DNA of 64,000 nt, from NCBI GenBank assembly GCA_965153455.1, contig OZ234494.1:11780001-11844000 (forward strand), given 5' to 3'. The first letter of the stretch is position 1; each line of letters opens with the position of its first letter. This DNA is from Sphagnum compactum. Its lineage: Eukaryota. The notes under the pieces are model-generated. The model saw nothing but the letters and a program-made list of their open reading frames with translations, was not told where the DNA came from and did no database searches. Made by a program: the position numbers and the translations under genes. Below, piece after piece: positions 61,101 to 64,000 of the stretch.

Positions 61101-61428
61101 TATGCACCACATTTCCATGAATATTTTTCTTCACATGCATAACATAAAATCAATACATCAATAGAACCCTATATTTGTGAGGAAGGACATGATCCATGTG
61201 TACACATGTAGTTCACCACATTAGAAAGTTAATAATGTTCAATTCCCATACTAATAGTGCAAGTTGTACCAATATATTAGAGATAAAATATGGACAATTA
61301 TCATTGTTATAAAAAATATTTATGATAATTGTTCCAATTTGAGAATGTATATTAAAAATTTAACCAAAACAATCATGGAAGCTTTAACAAGGTCTATCTA
61401 CTCCAAAGTATGAAACTAAAAGTGAAGT

Positions 61429-61525
61429 GTTTCAAAATAGGGCCTTCTGGGATTTGAGGTCCCATCTTGAGGCTGATAGGCCAAGGGGGAGGGACTAAGA
61501 ATCCCAGAAGGCCCTATTTTGAAAC
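61429..61525. repeat. Perfect 26-bp inverted repeat with 45-nt spacer
   Basis: GTTTCAAAATAGGGCCTTCTGGGATT (61429-61454) is the exact reverse complement of 61500-61525. Confidence 0.88.
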
Positions 61526-64000
61526 CCTTATCTGACATAAAGAACCGGTTGAATTTTTTTTGCCTCCTTTTATGTCCGCCTTCTTCTATTGCTTTCTTTT
61601 TCTTTGGCCTAACCCTAGCCATTACTTTCCCTTACTTTCTTTATGCGCACACCTTTCTTCTTTCAACGGATAGTACAAAGTATCTTCATTTTTTTCTTTT
61701 TGTGCACGCCATTCTTCTTTCAATAGATTGTACAAGGCGTCGTCTTTTCACTTTCACTTAACAAGGTCAAAGCTGGAACATCACCATTGCCATCGCTCAA
61801 GTTCATGTGCGTCACTCACGTTCTTTATTTCTTGCTACTAACCTTTATCTCCTTCATTTTCTTTTCAATTTTTCTCCCTCATCTTCTCTCTTCTTAATCT
61901 TAGTTTTTTCAGTTTATTCTTCTCTATTTTCTTTTTTCAGTTTTTAAAAAAAAATTCTTTTGTTCATCTCCACATTTGCATTTGCCTATTTTCTTCTTGA
62001 GCATTTTTGTAACTTTTTTGTGACATTGATTTTTTTATTTTTTATTTTTTATGTGCTTCTTGTCGCCATCTTCTCTTACACGCTCTATGTTCTTTTCCTA
62101 CAACACAATTATGCAACACACTTTATCTTCTTCTTATGCAAATTTTCTAACGATCTTCATTATTTTTTTAATCTGAAGTTTTTCATTGTTGTTTCCCCTT
62201 GTTTATTCATTTCTTCCATTATGTGCGAAGTGAACCACACTTTCTTTTCTTTGTTTATCATTTTCCATGCACAACGCTTTTGAGAGCCTTCTTGGCTCTA
62301 TTAGTTTTTTATCCTCCATTTGATCTTAATTTGATTTTAAAAAAAATTCTATTTTCTCCTTCCCTTACATTTTGTACTCATCTTTTTTTTTTTTTTTTCA
62401 TTTTGTACATTATTTTCGTGGACTGAAAAATCACTTGTTACTTCTTATGCAAAGTTGATAAAATTTTGTTTTGGAAAACTTTTGATTCATATATATATAT
62501 TTTTTATTTTTTCCAGTGAAAAATGCAACATAAAAGTATAATTGGTTTTCCATTTTTCTATTTTTTTTAGAATTATGATTTCAAATTTCCAAGTGTTTTT
62601 TCCCTCCATGCTTTACAATTTTCTCTTACATTGCGATGCAAGGCCTATGTTTTGCAGCTTGAGTTTTACTTATATGTTGCATAGAGCTCTGAAGAACTTG
62701 AACTTGACCTGGATGCTACAATTCAGGATGTTGTGGGTTGCTTGAACTTTATTTGGACGATGCAATTCACGATGCTGCAAGTTTTGTTGTTTGGAGTTGA
62801 CTTGAGTTACATATTCAATTTTTGTACTTTTACAACATCTTCATTTGTAAATGTTGGACTTGGATTTGTGTTTCATATTCATTTTAAGAGTTCAAACATT
62901 TACATACTCAGATTTTTGCACTTTGAAATACATTGGGATTTAGTTTTTTTTTTCATTGTATGGGAATCTACTTTTGGAATCTGTTGTTAAAATTGGAATC
63001 TGGTTTTGGAATCTTTTGTTTAGTTTGAATTTCAAATTCAATAGATTTTGAAATTTTTATCTAAAATGAGTTAAAAGAAGATAAGAAAATCAAAAGAAAA
63101 TAAATTTTGATGTAAGTAAAAGAAAAAAAAGATTAAAATTTTAAAATTTTGAAATTTTTTTAAAAAATGAAAAAAAAAAACCTTCTAGATTTCAAAAGGC
63201 CCAATACAAGCTATACTAGACCTTCCAAAATCCGGAAGGTACAATTGACAAAAACTATAAAATTTGGACAGGCAAATGCCTTAAAAATACAAAGAAAGAA
63301 TTCGATTGGTTTTTTACGGTCATAGAAAATTGAATAGTTTTGTTTTTCCATGTGTTATGTGGAGCGATCCCTTTAACCCATGTGCAAAACCAACATCCAA
63401 CCATTGTTTTATTTTGCCACATGTGTAAGTGTTCTTTTTATTGATGGCATGGATGGGCATGTTCCAAATCTATTTCAACTCATTAAATTGTTGTTTATAT
63501 TAAACATTCTGATATTTGAGTAGTTTTTTCTTAACCACCTTTGAAAACCAATATCCATAAGTTATAACCTTTACACATGACTTGGAGTATGGTTATGTGA
63601 TATTTGTTTTAGCTTTTTATCAAGTCATTTACAATTTCAAGTATGTGTAAGTACATTTGTTCACCAACCACTTTGGTTGTGTTTGGATGCAAACAAATAT
63701 TAAGTTTAGTGATTCATGTTACTTTAAACCTATTAATATGCAATTAAACTTTAATCTTTTTTAATTAGCTATTATTTAAAAATATTTGATGTGTCTTCTT
63801 TTGAATTATTTGGTTAAATGTGGAGAAAGGTAGTTATTAGGTGAATGTTTATCACAACTTATAAAGTTTCAATCTTTTCATTTAGTATTAAATTGATGCA
63901 TGATATATTAAGGTATAATATTGATATTTTGTAATGTTAATGCCTTGCACAAGTAGTAATCGGGGGTTTGATCAAAAGGTGCATATTGAAGCCATTGTTG

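Noticed and set aside
59400-61250. Decayed minus-strand coding-like sequence, possibly a transposon gene
   Set aside because: No diagnostic motif recognised; cannot assign a family.

Overview
AT-rich eukaryotic DNA from a land plant; TTTAGGG motifs, GT-AG introns and the repeat landscape suggest a bryophyte such as Sphagnum (inference). One intact host gene is visible: an 8-exon CRAL-TRIO/Sec14-like gene (+, 24903-29836, about 437 aa) whose first coding intron appears to be GC-AG. Most of the rest is transposon-derived. The most notable element is a full-length, GC-richer RTE/RTEX-like LINE (-, 53702-59074) with an 8-bp TSD and a (GTAA)n tail. Its ORF1 and EN-RT ORF2 lie in one reading frame joined by a single TAG-GGGGGCGGGGGC, with no ATG for ORF2; ORF1 starts with a SAP-like motif directly behind telomere-type repeats. 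Also present: two decayed pogo-type transposases sharing an unknown upstream domain, a DUF6570-like Helentron/Helitron2 relic plus a 3-copy non-autonomous Helitron2-like family, non-autonomous Helitrons, CACTA ends, Ty3 relics, a truncated CRE-like LINE with a ~46-bp TSD, several minisatellites, and a 5.6-kb block bracketed by ~235-bp inverted repeats that contains a perfect 39-bp hairpin. No rRNA, tRNA or CRISPR features are supported. Family assignments come from motif recognition by eye, not database searches.
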